Of a DNA stretch of 50,809 bases, positions 20,532 through 32,780 are shown one piece after another (position 1 is the stretch's first letter; every line of letters starts with the position of its first letter). The notes beneath the pieces were generated by a model. The model was not told where the DNA came from and did no database searches. It saw only the letters and a list, made by a program, of their open reading frames with translations. The DNA is from Psammoneis japonica. Taxonomy: Eukaryota. The translations under genes and the position numbers were made by a program. The DNA lies in NCBI GenBank assembly GCA_008632985.1, contig QPGO01000156.1:124001-174809 (forward strand). Reading direction: 5' to 3'.

Positions 20532-20807
20532 TGACAGAAATTGAAGGCAAATGGCAAGAATTCAAACAACAACTCCTTGCTGCTGTCTAAACAGCAGATG
20601 AGTCTCCGCTCAGAGACCGTTGCAGGAGCCGAAAGACGTGTAAGTCGGCACAATCGGGCTACTGTCATTGTTCTTGTGAGCCTTGTGGCTCGAAAGCAAA
20701 CTACATCGCGCGCGAACGCGCGGAACTAAAGCACACAAAACTGTGCGCGGTAAACTAAACAGCGCGCGACATTTCGCGCGCACCCAAATCCTGTTCAAAT
20801 CCTGTCA
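20532..20807 (-). repeat. 5' LTR
   Basis: Direct repeat of 16765..17040, followed by TSD ATGTG. Confidence 0.95.
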
Positions 20808-20812
20808 ATGTG

Positions 20813-22100
20813 GCTCCAGCACAAAATCTGCCAAAGTTTTCAAGATGCTGTGCAGCTCAGTGACAGCAGCTGTGCAAGAGTGGCTGTGGTGTGGTGCTGC
20901 TGTGGGTGATGGACAATCAAGGTCAACTGCAGAGCATCATGTGGGTGCCACCACCCACGTGCAATGATGCTGCAAAACAACATGCCAAATGACAGAGGAC
21001 AGTGACAGGCAACAGGAGTGTTGTTCAAAGATTTTCAGCTGTGCAGAGCTTTGTTTGGCTTCTCACTTGTTGTCTGAATTGGTCATCTCACTGTGACAGA
21101 CCACCATCTTGCATGGATGAATGCCAGACAAAGTGGGGTGTGCAAAAACAATTTTCCCACCCAAGCCACACAACCCCTGAAAAATCCTGAGGAAATCATG
21201 CCAACTTGTTGGTGTGCTTTTCACTTTGTCGTGTTTTTCATTTGTTGAGTTCTGTTGCATCTGTTCATTGAGTTCTGTTGCATCCCTTCCTTTCCATGTG
21301 TTTTCTGTGTCAAGTTGGTGCAACGATTTCATGCCCCTTGCCGGAAAATGCCACAATGATTGGCACTGAAAGCAAACTTTGCTCAGAAGCAGATGGCATC
21401 ACAACAAACATGCTTTGCAGATTGCACCGTCTGATTGTCTTTGCAGTGAAGTGTCAAATTGCATGGGAGAAGCATGGTGGATTCTTCTGTGCACCCCATT
21501 TTTCAGGTTTTTCAATTCTGTCATCTTGGGCCAAGCACAGATTTAAAGAGCCTGTGCAGAGCAAAGGGGAGCAGCAGATGGAGGCACGGAAGCAGCTGCA
21601 TCGATGGCAGAATGGAGTGGGTGCCAGGAGCAGGATGTGGGTTGCTTGGTTGAAGGATGTGGCAAGGAAGAGGCAGGAAGAGAAGAGATGAATCGAAGGG
21701 CATGCAGAGAAAGGTGAAGGGCAATGTTGCAGCCAAGCACTTTGGTGGCCCGTTGAGAAGGAGAAGCGGTGCGGAAGGTGTTGCCGAAGCACTCAGCAGA
21801 CAGTCGACACCATGCACCATCAGCAGATGGGAGAAGAGCAGAGGGAGATGACAAGGCACAAAGGAAGGCAGAGTGGGAAGCATCAGAATGGCGAAGATCG
21901 GAAGAGGATGACCAGGGAGGCTTGGGCTGAGAACGGGCGGATGAATGCGCCGAGCGAAAAAGGAGGCGATGAGCAAAGAATCTGAGGCCACCAAGGTGAT
22001 TGACGCGGCAAAAGGAAGAAGAAAGATGCCATCACTGTTGAGCAAAGCAACAATGAGGGATCCATTGGTGGAGGGGGGGGGGGGGGGCAAGGAACTTCAA
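20813..22100. other. Hypermutated degenerate block (right part of the host sequence), ending in a purine-rich tract and a G15 run
   Basis: TA-depleted throughout. CG reappears after ~21750. G run at 22073-22087. Confidence 0.55.
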
Positions 22101-22489
22101 ACTCGCGCTCGAGTGGTGTGCCCCAGTTAAGACAGGAGGAGAAGAAGGGGTGGGCAGACCAGGAGGAGGGCGAGAGGGAGCTTGGGGTGTGGTGACGTCA
22201 ACTGCGACGTGGCGATGGCGGGAGGGAGCGGAAAGGGAGGCAGGAGGAGAGACAGAAATGCCGACATCGGCGGGGCGTAGGAGTGGGCGAGAAGGCAGTA
22301 AATTCGTCGGCTGAAGGTGCACGTCTTCACGTGCAAAACGGCGCCGGGCGACAAGGAACCCCGTCAGTCGTGTCACGAATGCAATCATTCCTCATTCCTT
22401 ACTTAGTCTACCCTGAAACGTGCATCAAGCGTTCGGTCCCGAGTCCCGACGGCCTTGGTTGGCGGCTTCTCAAAAAAGTCAAGCACAAC

Positions 22490-23236
22490 ATGATCACGTC
22501 AACCGAACAAATGAAGAACCTGAGCAGTCAGCAGAAAGACCCAACGGCAGATCATCCACGAGAAGCCGCAGCAGAGGCACTTGGCGATCGATTGGGCGGT
22601 GCTCGCCCAGTCTACCTGACTGACAATGGTCGATCGTGGTACATTCTCGTCAAAAGGTACAAACCGACTCCAGACAGAGAGACATTCTTGGCCGAATGGG
22701 ACTTGCATCCAGAAGACTTTCATGCGCTCCAACTCTTTGGAAAAACGGTCTATGAAAGTCGATGGTCACAGTCGTGGGGAATGAGTTACGCCTACTCTGG
22801 AAGCGTATCGCCTGCAAGAGACTACAAGAAAGACGCCAAGGGGAAAATGGTACAGAGTCTCATCAACGAAGTGAATGAGCTTGCGTCGGGAATATATCCT
22901 CACAAAGCTCCATACAATGGATGTCTACAGAATTGGTACCTGCCAGAGCATAAGATTGGCCTACATTCAGACGACGAAACAGCAATGAAGGTTGGCTTCC
23001 CTGTTTTCAGCCTCAGCTGGGGAGGCCCCCGTCGCTTCATCTTTCGGGAGAAAGGCAATCGCAGAAATATGCATGAAATCCTTCTTGAGGATGGCGATCT
23101 GCTTGTCATGGGCGGCACATGCCAACAGACGCACAAGCATGAGGTTCCCAAAGTCAGAGTTACAATGGACCCACTCGCGGCAGAAAGGATTAATTGGACC
23201 ATCCGTGCATTTATAGAAGATGGTAGCCATGTCTAA
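22490..23236 (+). CDS. AlkB-family 2OG-Fe(II) dioxygenase (ALKBH2/3-like)
   Basis: YAYSG, YNGCLQNWY, HSDDE (HxD), SLSWGGPRRF, LEDGDLLVMGG, HKHEVPK and RINWTIR. ATG at 22490 assumed; the frame is open from 22283. Confidence 0.88.
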   Translation: MITSTEQMKNLSSQQKDPTADHPREAAAEALGDRLGGARPVYLTDNGRSWYILVKRYKPTPDRETFLAEWDLHPEDFHALQLFGKTVYESRWSQSWGMSYAYSGSVSPARDYKKDAKGKMVQSLINEVNELASGIYPHKAPYNGCLQNWYLPEHKIGLHSDDETAMKVGFPVFSLSWGGPRRFIFREKGNRRNMHEILLEDGDLLVMGGTCQQTHKHEVPKVRVTMDPLAAERINWTIRAFIEDGSHV

Positions 23237-23362
23237 ACGAAGAATTATTGGCGATAAGGTAGATCTATGTTGCTTGACGCGGTATAGTAATCGCCGTTGT
23301 AGATGGACAGTGCATCCGATTATTTTTGCTTGTTGCTTGAATAGTTGCAGTTGATGCTTTCC

Positions 23363-23916
23363 TCAACAATGATGTTGACCTGCATGACAGCCAGGCGCAA
23401 CATCACGAAGTGCACGATGGCACAAGCATCCAGGACCCTGAGAATAATTGCAGTCTCGACAGAGACAAGCAACACCTCCAGGAGACACTAGTCCCTTGCA
23501 AACATCGCAAAACCAGGCCCGTCGTTTAGTCACTATTGCGGCCGTTTGGACATTTCGGTGAATGTTTCTCCACTTGGTGCATATCTGGAGCCTTTCTGGG
23601 ACCCTTCCATTCACACGCAACAAAATTAAATAGCAGGAAACAGGTTCTGGTGGTTCGCTCCGTGCTTATGAATTCGTCGGCAAGCATCACAGGTTACATC
23701 CAAATCATTGGTGAGCCTCTACATTGGTTTGTTGTGTCGGAAGCAACAGCTCGGATTTCGACGCTGCATACACGCCGTGAGAGCTTGATCTTGTACTCAT
23801 GCACGGCATAAGTCAAGTCGCGATGGTTCTAATTGCGACTGGCTCCATTAATTGGCACGTCGCATCCAACTTGCCACCGGCAGCTACTAGGAAACCGCCA
23901 TTGGGCAATTCGCAAA
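23363..23916 (-). pseudogene. Chimeric remnant: WD40-gene fragment joined to a decayed RING/TRAF-gene copy
   Basis: 23834-23916 matches 33133-33211 of the UBL-WD40 gene. 23363-23800 resembles 14199..14819 (CDVC..CLCRDC..PGCLCHRALRDVAPGC). Confidence 0.7.
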
Positions 23917-24175
23917 GTGCAGCTAACAGCGCCAAGAATAAGCAACAGAACTACAGCATTTCGAGTCTAAGCTCTCTTTGGTATTTCTTATGTACTGTAC
24001 AGCATTTCTTATGCGACCGATAGTGGGCTGTCAAGAAAGAGATTTTCTCTTGCATTGCCTTATACAATCGTTGTGTGGATATTCTGCGTATGGGGTTCGT
24101 CCAAAGCTTTCGCAAAGCAACAGAATTTTCAATTTCTTATCACTGCGGTTCGTCGCGCGTTGTAGGGACTTGTTC

Positions 24176-25937
24176 CTATTCTTCCTGCGACTTATGGCAG
24201 CCAGCAATTGCATCGTCTTTAATGTCAAGTGAGCTCTCCTGAAACGTCTCTTCTGAAGCAAGTTCACAACATGGCTCTTCTTCTTTCTGGCTTCCACAAG
24301 CAGTTGTGCCTTTCCTGTCTACAGCATTCTGTTTATTATCACCTTTTTCGACGTCAGTAAGTGAGGAGCTCTTTCGAAATTTCTCCCCAAAAACAAGAAT
24401 AGTGGAAAGTCTCGGCATTGAAGACGTCGATGTTTCTAATGAGTCAGATCGATAGAACATTCCGAAAACAGAGCTGGGAATAGCTGCATCCACATTTCTT
24501 TGGTCCTGTGCACAGCGGCACGTGATAAAGTCCCTTGTCACACGGCGGACTTCAGGTTTCGTTAGTGCCATTGACACTGACGCGAGTGTCTGCAAACAAG
24601 ATAAGTACCTGAAACGGAAGGAAACAATAGGTGAAATATCTGACACTATACAACCGCTCATAATTACCTCTGGGTATAAGCAGAATGCATGGTGATCGCG
24701 TTTTACAAACAACGTACCAAGGGATGTAATGCAAAGGCAGCCCGTCCCAACTGACATTTCCTGCTTCGACGACGATTACAATGCCGCTAGGAAGATTGAA
24801 GAGATAAAATGTAACGACGATTCTCAGAAAGTATAGTGCCATCACTCTTGTCCGTCTAGAAATTGAGAGCAATTTGTCCAGCCAAATACGGACACAGATG
24901 TATCCCACGTATAGAAAAGGAATCGCCGCAATTGCAACCCACAGAAGCCCGAGAATCTTTTGAAAGTCTTCGCGAAACCTTAGGCGATCAAAGATGACAA
25001 CGGAAGCAATCCCTATCAGGGATGACAAGAAATAGACAATTGCTGTTTCCATGCACACACGTCTAATGGAGGGTGGGGCGACTCGTCTCGCATTCTTTGT
25101 CGCGCGGAGAATCCGATATACTTGAAAGGCCACAACCGAATTAAGCCAAAAATTTGATGCAGCGTAGAAGTAGCCAATCAAAACCAAAAGGTTCGGTGGT
25201 GTGTGCTTTCCGCTGATGGCTCTCGATCCTAGTGCAACGCCTAAGGCAGCGTGAGCGGCATCTGGAATTGTCAAGGCAACAAGGTATAGATTGAACGGGT
25301 TTCTCCTCGCTTTTCGAGTCACTAGAATTGCCAACATGAGAACAAGAGCGAAGCATAAAGCCAGACACCCGAGAAACACCCTCATCGCTTCTGCTGTGTA
25401 AAGATTCCTCCGGAGTGGGGGAGTGCCGCTGTCTGTCTTGCAGCACACGTAGTTGTAAAACCAACGAGAGTAATGTCGAAACCTGGCAGTGGTATGTCGG
25501 GGAAAGCGATAGTCGTCACCACCACACGTCATGGGTTCATAGGGGGCGTCTGCCAAGCAATCTGTCCCACCTCGGCCATTAGGACTCGTGCATACTTGGT
25601 CCGTACATTCTTCCTGGGGAAGAGAGGAGTCTATGGATTCTGGAAGACAACATGCATACCATCCGTACGTGATGTTTGACACGGGTTCGTAGAGTGAGGC
25701 CATACTTGAAAGATCTTTGACTTCATAGCCGTCTACACACGATGGTTGCTTCCACATGAAGGATCAATCAATTGTGGCCCAGCAGTCTGTTCCTGGGGAA
25801 AAGCCGGGGCTGCGGCACTTGCTGTCGTCACACATCCCGTTAACATCTGTCTCTTGATTGGCCGCCGTGATGCCAACATGAAACCAAGCCAATGATGACA
25901 AGAGGGACAGTTTCAGAGCGATGCGCGTCTTCATCAT
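24176..25937 (-). CDS. GPCR-like multi-pass receptor with signal peptide and Cys-rich ectodomain; in-frame TGA at codon 58 (possible pseudogene)
   Basis: ATG at 25937 gives a signal peptide, with TGA at 25766-25764. Motifs PFNLYLVAL.IPD and NFWLNSVVAFQVY are present. A GT-AG intron at 24717..24609 restores W-YLSCLQTLAS..LTKPEVRR. Confidence 0.7.
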
Positions 25938-26299
25938 GGTCAATCACAAGCATAGCAATTAGCCGTGCTACGGTAATATATTCGGAAGAAGAACGACAGG
26001 GGAGGTAACAAAAAAGGAAAGGAATGCACCATTGTTGAAGCGACGAAAAGATGAGAAGATATGCACCGGACAGACATATAAGACCTTCGATACCTTATAT
26101 ATGAATACAGAGGTCATCAACGACATGTCTTTTCTACACGAAATGCTACGTATGAGTGGAAAGAGCCTCAGTATGCTCGTCGCTCGTGCAACGCACGATT
26201 TCCCGCGTTAATTACTATTGTACTTTGACATCAAATTTCTTCCGTTGAGATGATGAACGTTAAGTGCAGCATGTCGGCGATTTCATTCTCGGGGCGGGT

Positions 26300-29150
26300 G
26301 GTACGACAGTCCTTTGAACACTTCCACTGCGTCACTTCACCGTTGGCCGTGTTGGACGACACCAACAATGGCGACAATGGCGGTTCCGATTCGACGCCCA
26401 CGAAACCTCCGGCTAAGAGAGCAAGAGTGGAGACTCAAGCCCTTACCCTCCACACCAAGAAGGAACAAAAGCCAAAGAGATTGAGCGGGAAGACGTGCTG
26501 CAATTGCACCTTGGGGTCAACCTGCCAAACACGTGGCTGCTCATGCTGCAAACATGATCGACCATGCACCTCTTGCGTCTGCTTCCACAAGTGTAAGAAC
26601 AAGGAAGGGCTCAAAACTTGCGGCATAAGTAACAGGAATTTGGACAAGAAACAACGGAAAACCTTGACCTCCCCGGAAACCAGTCCACTTCAGCCGAAAA
26701 TCTGTCAACTCATCTCCGACACCCCTGATGACACCAACAAACAGAACAAACCCAAGGCCAACACCGAAGCCAACAAAGAAAACACCACGCCCAATAATCA
26801 AGTGAAGGACACTGATGAGGGTAGAGATGGTGAGGAGGTCAACACTGCCTCAAGGGGAAGAGAGCAGCCGGAAGACAAGGAGAGCTCGGAGGGAGCAAAA
26901 ATTCCGTCACATGACGACCCCGATGACACACCCAACGACTTCAATTTGGACGCGGAACGAATCACATTCGAGGCACACGGCGAGACCCATCACCTCAATG
27001 ATGGCTCCCATCTGGATGGTGGAATGTCGGACGACAAAATTTGGCAAGAGCATTGGCGCCGGCTGGTGCCCCATCCATCACAACGATGCGACGTTCCGAA
27101 CGGTTCCATTGGAAAACGGTTCATCAGAACGTCAGCAGAGTTGCCGTGTGGAGTCAAGACGCGAAAGTGGAACTCGGAGAGGTTCAAAGTGTTCCAGGCA
27201 GCAATTTTACAGTGGGGCCGCAACGTAAAACGAGCCAAGGACATTAGAACCCTGCTCACCAGGCGTGTGGATGACTGGGATGCAGACAAGCACAAGATGT
27301 TGGTCCAAGCGACCGAACTGCCACTTGAGAGCAATCTGAAGACCGTTCAGAAGGAGGAGACACCAGAGCAGTGCACCAAGACATTCAATGGAATGGTGCT
27401 GCGAGCCTGTGGACCAGGCCTTCTCCCACTGGTCCACAAGCTGAATGACATCTGTCAAGATGCTTTCACACCATGGCACGCTGACGACTCTGCTGCAGCC
27501 GGGAAATTCAATGTCCTTCGGGAATTTTTCTTGACTCTTCGAGTTGAAGGACCCAAGCATGGTTGCTGCCCTGCCGCTGATGACAAGAACATCCCAGCAG
27601 TCCCAGAACACAACCTGGAACGTGCCAGGGCGTGCTTTGGAGACCTCGGCTTCACTGTCTGCTCAGGCAGCCACTGCCTCGGAGGCTTCGTCGGAGAGAC
27701 GGACGCACGCAACCGATGGCCAGCGGAGAAAGCTGAGTCGTAGACCTCGGTCGTCCAAGGACTCGCAAATGTCGCGATTCATCACCCGCAGACCGCCTGC
27801 GCCGGTCTTCAAAAGTCCCCACAACACCAGTGGCAATGTGTCCAACGTGTGGTGAAGGACTGTGGCAAATCCTTTGCGGAAGTGGAGAACGCGATCCATT
27901 GCCAATTCCTTCCAGCACCAATTGGTGAGACCTTGGCTGACGACGATCCGAGACCAGCCCTGTCTGCCCTCCCAATCAAATTTGCAGGACTGTCCATCCC
28001 TCATCCAACAGAGTCTGCATCCCAAAACTGTGAAGCAAGCACTCTCACGTGCTCTCATGTGATGGACTCACTCTGCGGCCACTCAGATTTCTCTTCAGCA
28101 GTCCACAAGGACACCATGCGCGAAGTGATGTGAGAAGTGGCCAACAGGAAAGCCAAGATGCACGAGGAGAAACTCAAGACAATCCTCCGGACTCTAACTG
28201 ACCTAAAAGCCAGAGCCATCAAGTGCAGCACCAGCACTGGAGCATGGCTGTTGGTGCACCCATCGATCATAAATGGCACGGAACTCTCTTGTCTAGAATT
28301 CCGTGACGCGCTCTACCTGCGACATGGCTGCACTCCCCCCAACCTCCTGGAGCACTGCGATGGATGCGCCTGCAAATTATCCATCGCCCATGCCCTGCAG
28401 TGCAAAAAGGGCGGCCTGGTCATCTCACGACACGATGATGTGCGTGATGACCTCGGTGACCTAATTGGAACGGCCTTCAAGCCCTCCTGCATACGCAACA
28501 AACCCCTCATTAACCCCATTGGTTGCACCTCAGGAAGCCCAGGCTCCTCCAACAACTCCCAAGGCAACACAAACTCCAACATGTCCAAGGATGGCGACCG
28601 CGGAGATCTTTCATCCAAAGGATTTTGGGACAAAAGGACAGACACCATCATGGATGTTTGCATTCCGGACACGGATGCGAAGTCACACCTGTCCAAGACA
28701 CCGGAAGAAGTTCTGGAACAACACGAACAAGAGAAAAAGCGTGAGCACCTCAAGCCCTGTCTTGAGCAATGCTGCCACTTCACTCCCTTCGCAGTGTCAT
28801 GTGACGGACTGTTTGGCAAGGAAGCCAAAGCAGTGCTGTGCAGAATCTCTGCAAAACTGGCTGAGAAATGGCAAAAGCCACATTCAGAGGCATGCGGCTG
28901 TGTTAATGCGAGAATGAGCATCACTTTGGTGCAGGCAACTCACCGCTGCCTCAGGGGATCACGCACCCCTTTGTCTCAGATCAGCTCAAGACGTCCTCAA
29001 TGGGAGGATGGAGCTGGCCTGTCCCTTTGCAAACACCAAGTGACCCCACTTGGGCCAGACACTCATGCGGACCGATTGCCAACATGCCACACACAGAGAC
29101 CATTGACACCACGCCGAGATGACAACAAAAACCCAGCAACACACTGATGA
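26300..29150 (+). mobile_element. CRE-like non-LTR retrotransposon (Cys-rich N-terminus, RT, CCHC finger, restriction-like endonuclease); internally deleted and mutated
   Basis: WHADD (=WYADD) at 27474-27488; EFRDALYLR, CDGC..HALQCKKGG..RHD, RGDL..KGFW, DVCIPDTDA, EKKREH, FTPFAVSCDG..GKEA and HRCLRGSR. Most of the RT core is missing near 27400, and there are stops. Ends approximate. Confidence 0.85.
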
Positions 29151-29249
29151 CGGCGCCAGAATCGATTCGGATCCCACGCGCACAGCCCACGAAAACTGCG
29201 TGCGACAACCACCCCTTGTTTGCATGACTGCATTAACCACACAATGTCC

Positions 29250-32200
29250 ATTTTCTCTTCATTCACTGATGCAAGACCAAGAAAATGATGTGTTGAAATT
29301 CAGAGCAATTTGACAGTGGGGGAAGAAAGCAGTGTGCCCCCCAGCAGGATGCAGAAAAAAGTTTGAAAGACGCCACTGCCGACCACCCACAATGTTGGTG
29401 GAAAACAGCACCTCCATCTCCAAGGCCACAACAAAGGAAGCAACCATGGCAGCCACTCAAGTCACAACAATTTCCAGCAGGCTCAAAAGCTTTGGGCCGT
29501 TTCAGATTTGCTTGACTTGGGGGCTCAGCAGCGCTGCCCAATGCTGTGAATAAAAAGCTGCTGTTTGGCAGGCATCCTCCTCTCCTCCAGTGCAAAGCAA
29601 AAGCTGCCTTTTGCACAGTTCAAGAAACACAAGAAACCAATGGCTTGGTCTCCTCAGCAGTGCTTTGAGAGGGTGTGTGGCACAAAAAAGGTTGGCGATC
29701 ATCTTTTGCCTTTTCCCACCACAAGATCGGCTTGCTCATGGGAGCGGCAATGCAGCACTCTCCTGGTGGAGCAGCAGCAGCCCTCTCTCTGGAGAGTTCC
29801 CCCATGAGGCCATGCGCTGCACCAACTCTGCTGCAAATGATGGGCAACAGCATGCTTGCCTGGGCTCTCCATCAATTTTTCATAACTGGCTCCACACTTC
29901 ATCTGCTGCCTCTCTTTTTTTTACATGGCCAGATGCTGAAAGTTTCAGGATCTGAGAGATTTGTCTAAAATGAGCAGTTGACACAAAAGAACTGGTGTCA
30001 TGCAGAAGATTGGGCCAGAAAGGCTGCTGCAAGCACTGGCAGACACAGACATCATCTTTGTTGGCAAAATGGCAGGCAAAACAAAAATGCAGGTGGGACA
30101 ACATGCACACAACAAAAAGCCTCTGCTGGGAAGGTGCACAGCAGCAGAGACGGGTGCCTTCTTTGGGAACTGCAGCAAGTGTGTCTGACAAATGCCAACA
30201 TCACAAGTGCCCCCAAGACCTGCTGCATTGTCATTGAAAGCATGCAACAAATGTTGTGATTGCAAGCTGGCTGATGCTTGGCATTTTAATCCAGCCAGGG
30301 CACCACAACAAATCCATCAGTGTGCAAAGAATTTTTTTGACCAAAGCTTGTTCAGTGGTGGGGGCACAAGTGGAAGGCTCCCAAGTGGGAGCTGTTCACT
30401 CACACAAAACAGGAAAGAATGACAATTGCCATGCCACAAAACCAGCAATTGACCATGCAAGATCAAGGTGATTGACCACCACAAGCCAGAGCACCACAAC
30501 AAATCCATCAACGTGCCATGCAATTTTTTGACTGAAGCTTGTTCAGCGGTGGGGGCAAGCAGAAGGCTCCCAAATGGGAGCTCTTTGGTGGTGCAAACAC
30601 AGGAAAGAACAACCATGCCATGTCACAAAACCGGCAATTGACCATTGATCACCAGAAACAAGCTGTGCCATGACAAAGCACAAACAATGTTTGGCAAGCA
30701 GGTGGGTGAAAAGTTGCCTGTGCAAGGCCACAATTGAGTCACAACATGAGGTGCACACAACCATTGGTGCCATTTGTCACAACCACCAAACCTGCCCCCA
30801 GGAAACCAAGTCATGCAATGCTGCACCAACCTCTCTTTGCAGCAATGGCAGAAAAAACTCTGCATGTTGCTTGCTGCAGCAAAAAACATCTGCCTTGGCC
30901 AAAGCACAGCATGATGCTTTTGATGAAAAATCAGGGCCAGCCAAGTCCAGTTCAGTCATTTGCCTCTCTTGCTTTGTGAAACAAAAAAACTCAGGAGCAG
31001 ATGCCTGAGCCAGCTGCAAGGTCATCAGCAGCAAGCAATGCTGTTGATGCTGGCACTGATGATTGTGTGTGTGTGTCAGTGCTTTGAAGATGACACTGCA
31101 TTGTTTGCACTCACAGACCAACGTGCTTCATTTTCTCATTTGAAAGGTTGTTTCCAGAGGGCTGGAACAACATTGCACAGCATCAACTTTTCTTCTCCAC
31201 CAGGCTGCTTTTGCAAAACTGCTGGCATGGGCAACAAGCTCTTTGCAACACTGTCGCTTTTGAACAGCACACAAATGCACGAATTGTGAGGCACAATCTG
31301 AAAAGGCACACTGACTCCATCATGTTACAATCAAAATTGCTGAAAGACACAAATTGCCAAAATTTAAATCAGGAGCACATGGCAGGCATGCTCAAAACTG
31401 TCACAATGTTGATGTTTGCTTTGCAGCGGGAGAGGTGCAAAAAATTCTGAGTTGCTTCCACTGCAGCTGTTCACATGCAACACATGCCTTGTGCGTTGAT
31501 GATCCAGGGGGCTTCCTCCTGGAGTGTGCCCATTGGGCAGAGAGGTTGAGGAAGGAGATTGCCTCAGTTGCTGTTCTCCATCTCTGCAGTGCATGGGTTC
31601 TGCTTTCAATTTTGTGAGTGCTGACACCATCTGTCTGTGTCTCACCAAACAGCATTGCTGACAAAAGACAGACAACACACAAAAAATGGGCTTGCAAGGA
31701 ATGTGAGTTTCATCAAAACAACTCCAATGCCCGGTCAATCACAGTGTGCTCACAGGGGTGCCTTCTTTGAATTATGGCAAGCCTGACAAGTGCCAAAATG
31801 TCACAAGTGTCTCCAAGGCTCCATTGCATCATTTCACTTGGAAAGCACACACTTTGCAGAATGTTGCAACAGAAACATGAGAAAACCAATGATCGACCAT
31901 GTGAGATGAGCAGCATCCACCCCTTCTAAGCTGCAATGCAAAGCACAAAAAAGCAACAATCTTCAGCAAGCAGGCAAACAAATCAAAATACAAAAATGCA
32001 GAAAGAACTTGCCACAGCAACATTGTGGCCTGTCATTTAGATGTCACATGTGCTGTGCCACAATTGAGCTGCAACATTGGACATGCTGCTGCTTGCATCA
32101 TGCTTTTTCAGCCAAAAACCCACAGGAAACCAAACCATGCATCACAACAACCATTTTGCAACAATGACAAAAAAAGACTCCACGGTGGTTGCCATGGCAA

Positions 32201-32780
32201 AGAGCACCAGCCACAGCAACAGCTCAAGTGCAGCACAAGAACACTTTCAATGAAAAGTTGGGGCCAGTTGAGTCTCTGACACTTGGGCTGGCTGTGAGGG
32301 GCCAAGTGAGCAACCTTGTTGATGCAGACACCAATTGTGAGTGTGTGAATGCTTTGCCAGTGACATTGCATGATTGACACTCACAGACCAATGAGTTTCA
32401 TTTTCTCATCTGAAAGGTCATTTCCAGGGCCAGAACATGGCACAGCCTCTGCTTTTCTCCCTTGCAAGGCTGCTTTTGCAAATTTGCCAATGCTCCTCCT
32501 GGACTTTGTCATTTTCTTGGCAAGGCTCACATGTCCAATTTGCACCATGCATTCATGATCTGGGGGGCTTCCTGGAGTGTGCCCAGTTGGCAGAGGTCAA
32601 GGAAGGGGATCGTCTCTGTCGCTGTTCTGTTGCTGTTCTCCATCCGTGCATGGGTTCTGCTTGCTTTTGTGAACACCAACGCTGTCCATCTGTCCCACCA
32701 AACAGCATCGCTGACAAAAGAGAGCAGGTGGCAGAGGCAACCTGACAAAAGAGAGCAGGTGGCAGAGGCAACCTGCAAGA
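29250..32780. repeat. Hypermutated block with internal direct duplications
   Basis: A ~190-bp tandem pair (30300-30455 / 30491-30645) and a longer degenerate duplication (~30800-31670 vs ~32125-32725). TA and CG are nearly absent. Confidence 0.7.
32711..32772 (+). repeat. Perfect 31-bp tandem duplication
   Basis: CTGACAAAAGAGAGCAGGTGGCAGAGGCAAC x2. Confidence 0.95.

Larger units (their letters stand above)
16765..20807 (-). mobile_element. Non-autonomous LTR retrotransposon (Ty1/Copia CoDi-like derivative), 4043 bp
   Basis: Two 276-bp direct LTRs with TGACAG...CTGTCA termini and a 5-bp TSD ATGTG (16760-16764, 20808-20812). A purine tract GGGGAG on the minus strand abuts the 3' LTR. Contains a gag-like ORF but no RT, integrase or RNase H core. 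Confidence 0.92.

Noticed and set aside
16765..20807. CpG methylation decay or classic RIP as the sole explanation
   Set aside because: C->T cannot remove TpA, CpGs are preserved in the LTRs and array, and RIP would create TA.
25764..25766. Selenocysteine codon
   Set aside because: The position does not correspond to a Cys in the second ectodomain repeat, and no SECIS was recognised.
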